From NCBI GenBank assembly GCA_036676905.1, contig JAKFCE010000006.1:235402-299401 (forward strand): a stretch of DNA of 64,000 nt. The letters run 5' to 3'. A model generated the notes under the pieces. That model had not been told where the DNA came from and ran no database searches. It worked only from the letters and a program-made list of their open reading frames with translations. Shown here one piece after another: positions 8,631 through 17,795 of this stretch. The translations under genes and the position numbers were made by a program. The stretch comes from Chitinophagaceae bacterium (GTDB taxonomy: Bacteria; Bacteroidota; Bacteroidia; Chitinophagales; Chitinophagaceae). Every line of letters starts with the position of its first letter. Within the stretch, counting starts at the first letter, position 1.

Positions 8631-9782
8631 GGGTCTTTCCTGGTGCCTCAGCCACCTCTCGGGATATTCGTTACTGCTGGCCGTGATGTAATCCTTGTGC
8701 GAGCAGGCGATGAATTTTTTGTCGGGAAGCTGCATCCACCACCGGCCGGTCTTTTTGCTTTGGAGAAAAACGGTCTCCACCTCGGTGAAGCTGGTATGGT
8801 ACTCATTGAAACTGTCGCGCTGTTCCAGTGAAGATTCACGGCTGCCCCTGCTGCGGCCATCCACCAGGTACCAGAGCATCTGGCTGATCTGTTTGGCTGT
8901 GAGCTGGGCTACGTCGTTTTCCGGCTGGTAGCCGTAAATGCCGATGCAGCTCATTTGATCGCTCATGCCGGCGAATTGCATCAGCGTGCAGGCTTCCTCG
9001 CCTGTAAGTCCGTTGGGCGAGAACTGTACCGAAGGCGCATAAGCAGCAGCAATGGCGTTCATGTCGAAAGAAAACAGCTGGCAGTTCCGGATCACAGGCT
9101 CCATTTCTTCCAGGTGCTCTTTTACATTACCCAGGCGGAAGCAATCGAAGCGCAGCTTGTCCATGGTTTCCAGCATGCGCGGATGGGCGTAATAGCTTTG
9201 AAAGCCGAGGTGATTATAGTGCCGGATAAAATTCGGTTCCGAGGTGAGTATCTCCATCAGGTAACTGTGGTCGCGGAAAGGAGAATCAATGTCAATATCA
9301 ATAAGGGCATCCACCCCTACAAAATCTATCTGCTGTTTCAGGTCGGTAAATGCCTGGTAGGTCGCCAGGGTAAGGTCGTGAGAGCCACCCAGCACCACCA
9401 CCAGCTTGCCTGCCTGCACCAGCTCGTGCACCACGATCTTCAGCGCGGCTGCTGAATCGCCCATGGAGCTGCCTGTGCGGATATTGCCTACGTCGGCGAG
9501 TTTCACCTCCTGCTGCCAGTGAAAAAGCTGGTAAAATTCCTTTCGCACGGCGTCTGCGGCCTGGCTTTCATTCATGAAGCCGGCGCCACGCTGCTCTCCG
9601 CAACCCACCAGCACGATATCGGCTTTTTCTACGTCGGGAAAAGAAGAGATATAGGCGTCGATCAGGGTGCCTACCTGGCCATGCTTATACACCTGTTCTT
9701 CGTCGGTCAACGGCGATAAAAATGCAGCTATGTTCAGGTCGTCGCCAGGGTTCTCGTATGACATGGCTGCAATATAAAACAT
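8628..9782 (-). CDS. Arginase/formiminoglutamase-fold (ureohydrolase family) protein with C-terminal extension
   Basis: Ureohydrolase-like motifs LGGSHDLT, GVDALIDID and FSFDMNAI. Two canonical Mn ligands appear substituted (see findings). Confidence 0.7.
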   Translation of the reverse strand: MFYIAAMSYENPGDDLNIAAFLSPLTDEEQVYKHGQVGTLIDAYISSFPDVEKADIVLVGCGEQRGAGFMNESQAADAVRKEFYQLFHWQQEVKLADVGNIRTGSSMGDSAAALKIVVHELVQAGKLVVVLGGSHDLTLATYQAFTDLKQQIDFVGVDALIDIDIDSPFRDHSYLMEILTSEPNFIRHYNHLGFQSYYAHPRMLETMDKLRFDCFRLGNVKEHLEEMEPVIRNCQLFSFDMNAIAAAYAPSVQFSPNGLTGEEACTLMQFAGMSDQMSCIGIYGYQPENDVAQLTAKQISQMLWYLVDGRSRGSRESSLEQRDSFNEYHTSFTEVETVFLQSKKTGRWWMQLPDKKFIACSHKDYITASSNEYPERWLRHQERP

Positions 9783-9799
9783 CTTGCTACTTTTGAGGC

Positions 9800-10837
9800 A
9801 TGGAGCAGATCCTGCAGCAAATTGACGCGTACAAAAAAGAGATCGAGGGTTACAGCATTACCAATGCTGCGGAACTGGAAGAATACAGGATCCGCTTCCT
9901 GGGCACCAAGGGCATTGTAAAAGGATTGTTTGCTGAAATGAAGAACGTGCCCGCCGACCGGAAAAAAGAATTCGGGCAAGTACTGAATGATCTCAAATTA
10001 TTTGCGGAGTCAAAATTTGATACTGCAAAGAATGCGGCTTCCGTTGCGGCGCCTGCGGCAGAGGACAAGACCGACCTTTCTCTTCCCGGAGACCCGGTGG
10101 AGGTAGGCTCCCGCCATCCGATCACGCTGGTAAGAAACCGCATGGTCTCCATCTTCCAGCGGCTGGGATTCTCTGTGGCTACCGGCCCGGAAATAGAGGA
10201 CGACTGGCATAATTTCACCGCCCTCAACCTGCCGGAAAACCATCCGGCCAGGGATATGCAGGACACATTCTATATCCATTCATCCGGCGGTGCCGACTGG
10301 CTGCTGCGCACACACACCAGCAATGTGCAGATCCGCGAAATGCAGAAAGGGCAGTTGCCCATCCGCATCATTTGTCCCGGCCGCGTGTACCGCAACGAGA
10401 CCATCTCTGCGCGCTCCCATTGCTTTTTCCACCAGGTGGAGGGTTTATATATTGATGAGAACGTGAGCTTTGCCGACCTGAAACAAACCTTGTATTTCTT
10501 CGTGCAGGAAATGTTTGGTAAAAATGTGAAGGTGCGCTTCCGCCCCTCCTATTTTCCCTTTACCGAGCCCAGCGGGGAAATGGACATCAGCTGTTTTATT
10601 TGTGAAGGAAAGGGCTGCCGGATCTGTAAGCATACAGGCTGGGTGGAGATCCTGGGCTGCGGCATGGTGCATCCAAAGGTTTTGGAAAACTGTGGCATCG
10701 ATCCTAATAAATACACGGGCTACGCCTTTGGCATGGGTATCGAAAGACCCGCGCTCCTCTTGTACGATGTGAACGACATCAGGCTTTTCAGCGAGAACGA
10801 CATCCGCTTCCTGAAGCAATTCAACACCGCCCTCTAG
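9800..10837 (+). CDS. pheS: Phenylalanine--tRNA ligase alpha subunit
   Basis: 345 aa. Class II aaRS motifs (HPITLV, RTHTSNVQIR, FRPSYFPFTEPS, GMGIERPALL). Confidence 0.95.
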   Translation: MEQILQQIDAYKKEIEGYSITNAAELEEYRIRFLGTKGIVKGLFAEMKNVPADRKKEFGQVLNDLKLFAESKFDTAKNAASVAAPAAEDKTDLSLPGDPVEVGSRHPITLVRNRMVSIFQRLGFSVATGPEIEDDWHNFTALNLPENHPARDMQDTFYIHSSGGADWLLRTHTSNVQIREMQKGQLPIRIICPGRVYRNETISARSHCFFHQVEGLYIDENVSFADLKQTLYFFVQEMFGKNVKVRFRPSYFPFTEPSGEMDISCFICEGKGCRICKHTGWVEILGCGMVHPKVLENCGIDPNKYTGYAFGMGIERPALLLYDVNDIRLFSENDIRFLKQFNTAL

Positions 10838-11025
10838 CCTACTTCCGATTCTGTGGCTGCCGTTGGAAATTCAGACTGTGTACCGGGGTTTTCTATATCC
10901 AGCTGAGGGGCATTCCTGGGTGGCTTTTCAGTATCACCCGCCTTTTTCTTCCTCAGGAAAAAAATGGCGGCAGCCGCGGCAAGGATGGCACCGGCGCCCG
11001 CTATCAGCAGGTTCTTGTTTTTCAT
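10834..11025 (-). CDS. Small membrane-anchored hypothetical protein
   Basis: 63-aa ORF with one N-terminal hydrophobic helix (LLIAGAGAILAAAAAIFFL) followed by a KKK stop-transfer. Support comes from the ORF alone. Confidence 0.4.
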   Translation of the reverse strand: MKNKNLLIAGAGAILAAAAAIFFLRKKKAGDTEKPPRNAPQLDIENPGTQSEFPTAATESEVG

Positions 11026-11104
11026 TGCTTTTGTTTGATAATAAAGCTAAAAGAATCGTACCATTCTGAATAAGGGATAGCGGCATCACTTAATTTTATG
11101 GCGA

Positions 11105-11947
11105 ATGAGCATTCAAAAATTTTGCATCTGCGGAGCAGGGACCATGGGAAGCGGTATAGCACAGGTAGCGGCCACGGCCGGCTATCCCACCGTGCTCTTC
11201 GACCTGAATGAAGGTGTACTGGAAAAAGCAAAGGCTTCTATCCGCAAGAGCCTTGATGTGCTGGAAGAAAAAGGGAAGATCGATGGTGCCCAGAAGGAGA
11301 CCATTTTCAAAAACATTGTGTTTACCACCGATATCAGTGATTGCAGGGCCGACCTGGTGATCGAAGCGATTGTCGAGAACCCCGAAGCCAAGCTCAACCT
11401 CTTCAAGCAGCTGGCCTCCCTCAATGCAGCTGACTGCATCTTCGCTTCCAATACTTCATCCCTCTCCATCTCTGCCCTGGGCCGCATGGTGCCGGAGCCC
11501 AGGAGATTTGCCGGCCTGCATTTTTTTAACCCTGCGCCTGTAATGAAACTGGTGGAGGTGGTGCAGGGCGAACAAACCGGCAGGAACGTGATCAACCAAC
11601 TGATCAATGTCACAAAAAGACTCGGAAAAGTTCCAGTGGTTTGCAAAGATGCTCCCGGCTTCATTGTGAACCGTGTGGCGCGCCCTTATTATATTGAATC
11701 CCTTCGCCTGGCAGAAAAAGGAATCGAACCCGCCCTGATCGATGGCTTGCTGGAAGCCCGGGGCTTCCGCATGGGACCTTTCAAGCTGATGGACCTGATC
11801 GGCAACGACGTGAACTACGCGGTCAGCTGCTCGGTGTACGAGCAAATGGGCCAGCCCGAAAGACTGAAGCCATCCTATATACAACAGGAAAAAGTACAGA
11901 AAGGTGAGCTGGGTAGGAAAACGAAAAAAGGATATTATAATTATTAG
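11105..11947 (+). CDS. 3-hydroxyacyl-CoA / 3-hydroxybutyryl-CoA dehydrogenase (possible PaaH role)
   Basis: Rossmann motif ICGAGTMGSGIAQV and an HFFNPAPVMKLVEV signature typical of the HBD/FadB C-terminal family. Confidence 0.9.
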   Translation: MSIQKFCICGAGTMGSGIAQVAATAGYPTVLFDLNEGVLEKAKASIRKSLDVLEEKGKIDGAQKETIFKNIVFTTDISDCRADLVIEAIVENPEAKLNLFKQLASLNAADCIFASNTSSLSISALGRMVPEPRRFAGLHFFNPAPVMKLVEVVQGEQTGRNVINQLINVTKRLGKVPVVCKDAPGFIVNRVARPYYIESLRLAEKGIEPALIDGLLEARGFRMGPFKLMDLIGNDVNYAVSCSVYEQMGQPERLKPSYIQQEKVQKGELGRKTKKGYYNY

Positions 11948-11994
11948 TTGCTGGTTTCTTTTTGCAAGGGACAATGATCCAGGTTGATCATCAC

Positions 11995-12026
11995 GAACTG
12001 GAAACCGGAAACTGGGAACTGGAAAC
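11995..12026 (+). repeat. GGAAACY heptamer array (about 4 units)
   Basis: GAACTGGAAACCGGAAACTGGGAACTGGAAAC, ending 6 nt before ATG 12033. It shares the 16-mer GGAAACCGGAAACTGG with 32247-32275. Confidence 0.85.
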
Positions 12027-12032
12027 AACAAA

Positions 12033-13034
12033 ATGATCTTAGTTACGGGCGGGACGGGTTTTATTGGTAGCTACCTTCTCCGGAACCTGGTAGAAAAAGG
12101 TCATGCTGTGAGGGCTATTCGCCGCCCCTCTTCAAGAATTCCTTTTTATATCCCAGCGGAAATACTGGACAAGATAGAATGGGTGGATGGCGACATTCTC
12201 GATGTGGTTTCTTTACTGGACGCCATGGAGGGCGCCGATGCAGTAGTGCATTCGGCGGCCATTGTTTCCTTTCATGCACGCGATCGGCGGAAAATGTACC
12301 AGGCCAATGTAGAAGGAACGGCCAACGTGGTAAACGTAGCGCTGGAAAAAAATATTCGCCGCCTGATTCATGTAAGCTCGGTTGCCGCAATAGGGCGCAC
12401 CAGCGACGACAGCCTGGTGAACGAGGAAAAAAAATGGGAAGACAACGAAAACAACACCCACTATGCCACCAGTAAAAGAAAGTCCGAGATGGAGGTATGG
12501 CGCGGATTCTCCGAAGGACTGGAGGGCGTGATCGTGAATCCCAGCACCGTGCTGGGTTATGGCGACTGGCACCAGTCGAGCTGCGCGATCTTCAGGAACG
12601 TATACAATGAATTCCCCTGGTACACCAATGGCATCAACGGATTTGTAGGTGTGGAGGATGTGGCCGAGGCTTCCGTTCGTCTTTTGTTTTCCGATATCAA
12701 CGACAGGAGATTTATTTTAAATGCAGATAACTGGAGCTTCCAGCAATTGTTCAATGCCATTGCCGATGGCTTTGGGAAAAAAAGACCGCACCGGCTGGCC
12801 ACACCATTTCTAGGTGAACTGGCCTGGAGACTGGAATCTTTTAAAAATCTTTTTGCCGATGGCAAGCCCCTGCTCACCCGCGAATCGGCACGCGTGGCAC
12901 ATTCTATGACCCGCTTCGACGCCTCCGCCATCACCGCCGCCCTGCCGGGATTTTCTTTTACCCCTTTGGATGCGGTGGTAGAAAACGCTTGCAAAAAATA
13001 CATGGAAGCGGTAAGCCAGCCTGCGCACAAATAA
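12033..13034 (+). CDS. NAD-dependent epimerase/dehydratase family (extended SDR) protein
   Basis: ILVTGGTGFIGSYL nucleotide-binding motif and YATSK (YxxxK) catalytic motif. Confidence 0.85.
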   Translation: MILVTGGTGFIGSYLLRNLVEKGHAVRAIRRPSSRIPFYIPAEILDKIEWVDGDILDVVSLLDAMEGADAVVHSAAIVSFHARDRRKMYQANVEGTANVVNVALEKNIRRLIHVSSVAAIGRTSDDSLVNEEKKWEDNENNTHYATSKRKSEMEVWRGFSEGLEGVIVNPSTVLGYGDWHQSSCAIFRNVYNEFPWYTNGINGFVGVEDVAEASVRLLFSDINDRRFILNADNWSFQQLFNAIADGFGKKRPHRLATPFLGELAWRLESFKNLFADGKPLLTRESARVAHSMTRFDASAITAALPGFSFTPLDAVVENACKKYMEAVSQPAHK

Positions 13035-13101
13035 CAATGCTTTACCAGAATAGGAAAGGCGGGCTGCAGCTAAGTTATTAACTTGGTCTACCAATATCAT
13101 T

Positions 13102-14166
13102 ATGAAAAAGCTATTCCTTCTCCCCATCCTGCTGTTCGTATCCGCTTTTGCTTTCGGACAATCCATTTCCGGCCGCGTCATCGATGCTGAAACGAAATTG
13201 CCGCTGGAGGGCGCTTCCGTTTTTGCGCAGAACACAACCATGGGCGCTATCAGTGCGGCCGACGGCACATTCAAACTCAACCTGTCTAAGGGAGGCTACG
13301 AGATCGTTTTCTCCTTTACCGGTTACCTGAGCCAGCGCGTGAGCATTCAAACGTCAGACGAAAAATTCCTGGAGATCGCCCTGGCCAAGGAAGACGCCAG
13401 CCTCACCGAAGTGGTGATCACAGCCAGCAATGAGGTGGCGGATGGCTGGGAGAAATACGGGGCCTTTTTCCTTGATCATTTTATTGGCCTCACGCCCAAT
13501 GCCGATTCCACCACGCTGGAAAACCCCGAGGCGCTGAAATTTTTCTATTACAAAAGATCCAACAAACTAAAGGTCTTTGCCAGCGAGCCGCTCAGGATCA
13601 GGAATCTTGCCCTGGGTTACGACCTGCGTTATTCGCTGGATTCTTTTGTCTTCTACTACGGATCAAAACTTTCTTCCTACAGGGGGAACTGCTTGTATAT
13701 CCCCATCGAAGATTCCTCCAGGACGGATGAATGGGCTACCGCCCGGAAAAAATCCTACACGGGATCAAGGCTTCATTTCATGAGGTCGTATTACGACAGC
13801 ACTTTAAAGCAGGAAGGTTTCACTGTAGACATGCTTTCAAAAAGAACGGCCAACAAATTCGATCGCCTGGTGAATCCTTACGACACCTCATATTATTTTG
13901 TGGATAGCCTGGGCGATGTGGAGCTTTGGTTTCCCGCCAAAGTGAGCATTACCTACTTCAAGGAAAAACCGGAACCGGAATATCTTTCTCAAATGGGACT
14001 GCCCGGGGATGTGAAGGTGCAGATCTCTTATGTGGATCTGCTGGAAGCCATCCTGGTAAAAAGCAACGGATATTTTTTCGACCAGAGCAGCTGGATCAAC
14101 CAGGGCTACTGGAGCTGGAAGAATATGGCCGACCAGCTGCCTTACGACTATCAACGGGACAATTAA
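13102..14166 (+). CDS. Carboxypeptidase-regulatory-like (CarboxypepD_reg) domain protein, secreted
   Basis: Signal peptide MKKLFLLPILLFVSAFAFGQ followed by ISGRVIDAETKLPLEGASVF..GTFKL..GYEIVFSFTGY, a prealbumin-like fold signature. Confidence 0.7.
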   Translation: MKKLFLLPILLFVSAFAFGQSISGRVIDAETKLPLEGASVFAQNTTMGAISAADGTFKLNLSKGGYEIVFSFTGYLSQRVSIQTSDEKFLEIALAKEDASLTEVVITASNEVADGWEKYGAFFLDHFIGLTPNADSTTLENPEALKFFYYKRSNKLKVFASEPLRIRNLALGYDLRYSLDSFVFYYGSKLSSYRGNCLYIPIEDSSRTDEWATARKKSYTGSRLHFMRSYYDSTLKQEGFTVDMLSKRTANKFDRLVNPYDTSYYFVDSLGDVELWFPAKVSITYFKEKPEPEYLSQMGLPGDVKVQISYVDLLEAILVKSNGYFFDQSSWINQGYWSWKNMADQLPYDYQRDN

Positions 14167-15107
14167 CTACCCATCATTTTTTGCCAGAGCTCAGGAATGC
14201 GTTTGATCCAAACGATCTCCTTCATTTTCACAGCAGCTTCCTGTACCGGTGAACCGAAATATTTTTTACCCCCTTCGATGGAAGCAGGCACACCGCTTTG
14301 TGCATAAACCTCGGCGCCTTTCCCTATCGACAGGGTCTTGCTTACGCCAACCTGTCCCCAAAGGATCACTTCATCTTCGATGGTGGTAGCGCCGGCTATC
14401 CCTACCTGGGCGGCAAACAGGCAATTCTTTCCTACCACGGTATCATGTCCAATATGAACGAGGTTATCCATCTTGGTACCGGCGCCGATAACGGTATCCC
14501 CGCTAACGCCCCGGTCGATGGTGCAGCCCGCGCCGATCTCTACGCCGTTCTCTATCACCACTCTGCCGCAGCTAAGCATTTTGCGGTACTGTATCGGCCG
14601 GTCTTTTTTCCGGTTATAATAAAATGCATCCGAGCCGATGACCGTGCCCGCCTGTATGATCACATCGTCGCCGATAACGCAATGATCCATGACCACTACG
14701 TTGGGATAAATGACCGTATTTTTTCCAATGCTTACGTGGTGGCCAATAAAAGCGCCGGGCATGATCACGGCGGATTCACTGACAGTGGCAGTATCGCTTA
14801 CCTGCTGTTTTGAAGGGGAGAAAGGACGAAATTTTCTAACGATGGTCTGGTAGGCTTCGAAAGGTTCCTTTACCAGGAGCAAGGTTTTTTCCGGGGGAAA
14901 TTCGGTGTGCGAGTTGATGATGATGAAGCTGGCATCCGACTCGATACACTTCCGGTAATACTTCGGATGATCAACGAATACCAGGTCGCCCTGCTCCACT
15001 TTGTGGATCTCGTTGATGCCTGTTGCCGCACGTTCTTTATTCCCAACGATCTCTGCGCCGATCAGTGCGGCGATATCAACTAAGGGAATAGGCTTATCAA
15101 AACGCAT
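14163..15107 (-). CDS. lpxD: UDP-3-O-acylglucosamine N-acyltransferase
   Basis: LpxD-type N-terminal domain (PIPLVDIAALIGAEIVGN) followed by a long run of left-handed hexapeptide repeats. Confidence 0.85.
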   Translation of the reverse strand: MRFDKPIPLVDIAALIGAEIVGNKERAATGINEIHKVEQGDLVFVDHPKYYRKCIESDASFIIINSHTEFPPEKTLLLVKEPFEAYQTIVRKFRPFSPSKQQVSDTATVSESAVIMPGAFIGHHVSIGKNTVIYPNVVVMDHCVIGDDVIIQAGTVIGSDAFYYNRKKDRPIQYRKMLSCGRVVIENGVEIGAGCTIDRGVSGDTVIGAGTKMDNLVHIGHDTVVGKNCLFAAQVGIAGATTIEDEVILWGQVGVSKTLSIGKGAEVYAQSGVPASIEGGKKYFGSPVQEAAVKMKEIVWIKRIPELWQKMMGS

Positions 15108-15303
15108 GATATTATTTTAGACAAATGTAGGTGAGTGTATTTCCTGAAGGCAAAAAACAGCGATGATGTTTTTTAACCTCCTTCCTTTTTTGCATGAAAA
15201 ATCGGTTTTAGAAACCTGCCCCCCTTTTCCCCTTTAAAAAAAATGTGAATAAAAAGTGGAGTAAAATTTTTTAGTATGGAAAAATTATTTTTAATATTGT
15301 GTA

Positions 15304-15376
15304 AGGAAATTTCGATTTCCTGTACTTACTAACCCATCCACATATTAGCCCCGCCTTCTGGCGGGGCTTTTGATTT
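15304..15376 (+). ncRNA. Candidate small RNA or 5' leader element (two hairpins, the second an intrinsic terminator)
   Basis: A 7-bp stem with a TTCG loop (15304-15321), a 25-nt linker, then the GC-rich terminator at 15347-15368 plus a T-tract. TAATATTG (15292-15299) resembles the Bacteroidota -7 box. No plus-strand gene ends here. Confidence 0.25.
15347..15376 (+). terminator. Intrinsic terminator with no annotated upstream gene on its strand
   Basis: AGCCCCGCC-TTCT-GGCGGGGCT perfect 9-bp stem followed by TTTGATTT. Confidence 0.7.
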
Positions 15377-15443
15377 CCCCTCGCCGAACGATTGCGCCCT
15401 CACTTAATCCGAATCGAATACCTTTACTGATAAACATTTTTTC

Positions 15444-16319
15444 ATGCTGAAATCAATGACAGGCTTCGGGCGCGCAGAGCAGGCAGTAGGTGACAAGACC
15501 TTCCTGGTAGATATCAAATCACTGAATGGAAAACAATTTGAACTGCAGCTGAAGATGCCCGCGTTCCTAAGGCCTTTCGAATTCGAGATCCGCAAGGTGC
15601 TCTCGGAAAACCTCGGACGGGGCACCATCGATTGCATGATCAGCCTGAAGGAGACCGGCAATGCAAAACCGATCAGCATCAATACCGACCTGGCCAAAGC
15701 TTATTACAAACCTTTGAAGGAATTGGCCGACGAGCTGAGCCTCAGCCAGGATGACCTTTTGTCTACCATCATCAAGTTGCCGGAAGTGATCACGCCTTCT
15801 TCCGAAACCCTTACCGACCAGGAATGGGAACAGTTTTCAAAACTGCTGCAGTCGGCCACCGGCCAGTTGAACCGCCACCGTGAAGAAGAAGGCCGCATTC
15901 TGAAAGCGGACCTCGAGCTGCGCATCCGGAATATAGAATCTCAGCAGGCCGCCCTGGCCGAGCTCACCCCGCTCCGGAAAGAAAAGATCCGGGAAAACAT
16001 CGTGAAGCTGCTTGAAGAAAGCCTGGGCAAGGATGCTTACGACAGCAACCGGCTGGAGCAGGAACTGGTTTACTATATAGAAAAGATCGACATCAGCGAG
16101 GAGCAGGTAAGGTTGGATAACCATTGCCGTTACTTCATAGAAATACTGAATGACAAAGAGGATGCGAAGGGCAAAAAACTATCCTTCATCCTGCAGGAGA
16201 TCGGCAGGGAGATCAATACCACCGGCGCCAAGGCCTACGATTCCGCCATCCAGAAATGCGTGGTACTGATGAAGGACGAGCTGGAAAAAGCAAAGGAGCA
16301 GATCCTGAATGTGCTTTAA
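15444..16319 (+). CDS. yicC: YicC family stress-induced protein
   Basis: N-terminal MLKSMTGFGRAE and C-terminal LQEIGREINTTGAKA motifs characteristic of YicC/DUF1732. Confidence 0.9.
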   Translation: MLKSMTGFGRAEQAVGDKTFLVDIKSLNGKQFELQLKMPAFLRPFEFEIRKVLSENLGRGTIDCMISLKETGNAKPISINTDLAKAYYKPLKELADELSLSQDDLLSTIIKLPEVITPSSETLTDQEWEQFSKLLQSATGQLNRHREEEGRILKADLELRIRNIESQQAALAELTPLRKEKIRENIVKLLEESLGKDAYDSNRLEQELVYYIEKIDISEEQVRLDNHCRYFIEILNDKEDAKGKKLSFILQEIGREINTTGAKAYDSAIQKCVVLMKDELEKAKEQILNVL

Positions 16320-16348
16320 CCGGTGCGAGCTTAATTTTGTACAAACCC

Positions 16349-16816
16349 ATGGCTTTGAAAAAATTCCTGATCATTGCTTGCCTCTTCCTCGCTTCCTGCG
16401 AAACCATTGACCTCTATGAGAAGGTCAAGCCCATTCCCGGCCATGAATGGAAGAAATCATTCAGGCCCAGTTTTTCCTTCACCATAACGGATACCGCGGC
16501 GCCTTACCAGCTGTTTATCATCTTGCGCCATACCGAAAAATACAGCTACAATAATATATGGCTCAACCTGCATACCGTTACGCCGGACAGCCTGAGACAA
16601 ACCTTTTTATTAGAGCTTCCGCTGGCCACCAACGAAAAAGGCTGGCTGGGCAGTGCCATCGATGATATTTATGAGCACCGGATCGCCCTGACCATCGATC
16701 CTGCCAAACTCAATTTCCGCAAGCCGGGCACCTATACATTCAGCCTGGAGCATATCATGAGACAGGATCCGCTGGAGCACGTGATGAACGCCGGCATGCG
16801 GATTGAAAAAAAATAA
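16349..16816 (+). CDS. gldH: Gliding motility lipoprotein GldH
   Basis: Start moved to ATG 16349 (MALKKFLIIACLFLASC lipobox). The body (YEKVKPIPGHEWKK..FIILRHTEKYSYNNIWLNL..GWLGSAIDDIYEH) matches my recollection of the GldH family. Confidence 0.75.
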   Translation: MALKKFLIIACLFLASCETIDLYEKVKPIPGHEWKKSFRPSFSFTITDTAAPYQLFIILRHTEKYSYNNIWLNLHTVTPDSLRQTFLLELPLATNEKGWLGSAIDDIYEHRIALTIDPAKLNFRKPGTYTFSLEHIMRQDPLEHVMNAGMRIEKK

Positions 16817-16817
16817 C

Positions 16818-17795
16818 ATGGCCGAAGACAGCAGGAAAAAACTGAGAAGGGTCACGCTGGTATTCTGGATACTCCTGTTTTATATTATCGCTGCCTTGCT
16901 CTGGTGGCTGCTTTCCCTGGAACAGCAGAATCGTGCCATCCACGAATTGAAGCGATCTGAGGTCAACCATAGCTACCCTCCGGAAAACAGGCCCGGGCTG
17001 GACAAACAAATTCGCATCTCCGAAAAAAGAGAATCGGTAAAATACATTGCAGAAGGAGTCACCTTCCTCGCCCTTATTTTATTTGGAGCCGCTTACATCT
17101 ACCGGCTGGTGCGCAGCCAGTTCCGCCTTCAGCAGCAGCAACAGAATTTTGTAATGGCTGTCACCCATGAGCTCAAGACACCGCTATCGGTGGCCCGTCT
17201 CAACCTGGAGACCATGCAAAAACACCAGCTGGATGAACCGAGAAGAAAGCAGATGCTCCAAACCAGCCTCGACGAAACCCTGAGGCTGGATACCCTGATC
17301 AACAATATTCTCATCTCCTCCGAACTGGAAGGAGGCGCTTACCAGGTATCGAAGGAAAAGCTTGATCTCTCGGACCTGGTAAGATCCGCCGCCACCGAAT
17401 TCCAAAAACGGCATGAATCCAGGATACTCGATGTGCAAATTGAAAAAGGCATCGAAACCGAAGGAGACCCCTTGCTCCTGAAATTGCTATTGAGCAACCT
17501 CCTGGAAAATGCGCAGAAATATTCTGAAAAGGATAAGCCGATCCGCCTGGTGCTGAAGCAAGATGGCGCTCCTTCCCTTAGTGTGATCGACGAGGGGGTG
17601 GGGATTCCCGAAGAAGAGAAGAAAAAGATATTTGATAAGTTTTACCGGGTGGGCAATGAAAAAACCAGGCGGTCGAAGGGAACCGGGCTTGGCCTTTATA
17701 TCTGTCACAAGATCGCGCAGAACCATGGTGCGCGCATCATCGTCACCGATAATCGCCCTGCCGGCACTAACTTTACCGTGAACTTCCCAAAATGA
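16818..17795 (+). CDS. Two-component sensor histidine kinase
   Basis: Two TM segments, H-box FVMAVTHELKTPLS and HATPase_c N/G boxes (LLSNLLENAQKYS, DEGVGIP, GTGLGLYICHKI). ATG 16818 chosen, 1 nt after the gldH stop. Confidence 0.85.
   Translation: MAEDSRKKLRRVTLVFWILLFYIIAALLWWLLSLEQQNRAIHELKRSEVNHSYPPENRPGLDKQIRISEKRESVKYIAEGVTFLALILFGAAYIYRLVRSQFRLQQQQQNFVMAVTHELKTPLSVARLNLETMQKHQLDEPRRKQMLQTSLDETLRLDTLINNILISSELEGGAYQVSKEKLDLSDLVRSAATEFQKRHESRILDVQIEKGIETEGDPLLLKLLLSNLLENAQKYSEKDKPIRLVLKQDGAPSLSVIDEGVGIPEEEKKKIFDKFYRVGNEKTRRSKGTGLGLYICHKIAQNHGARIIVTDNRPAGTNFTVNFPK

Noticed and set aside
11712-11737. GGAATCGAACCCGCCC, which resembles the reverse complement of a tRNA T-arm
   Set aside because: It lies inside the 3-hydroxyacyl-CoA dehydrogenase CDS (encoding EKGIEPALI). 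The sequence after the loop cannot complete a T-stem and there is no acceptor or anticodon arm.
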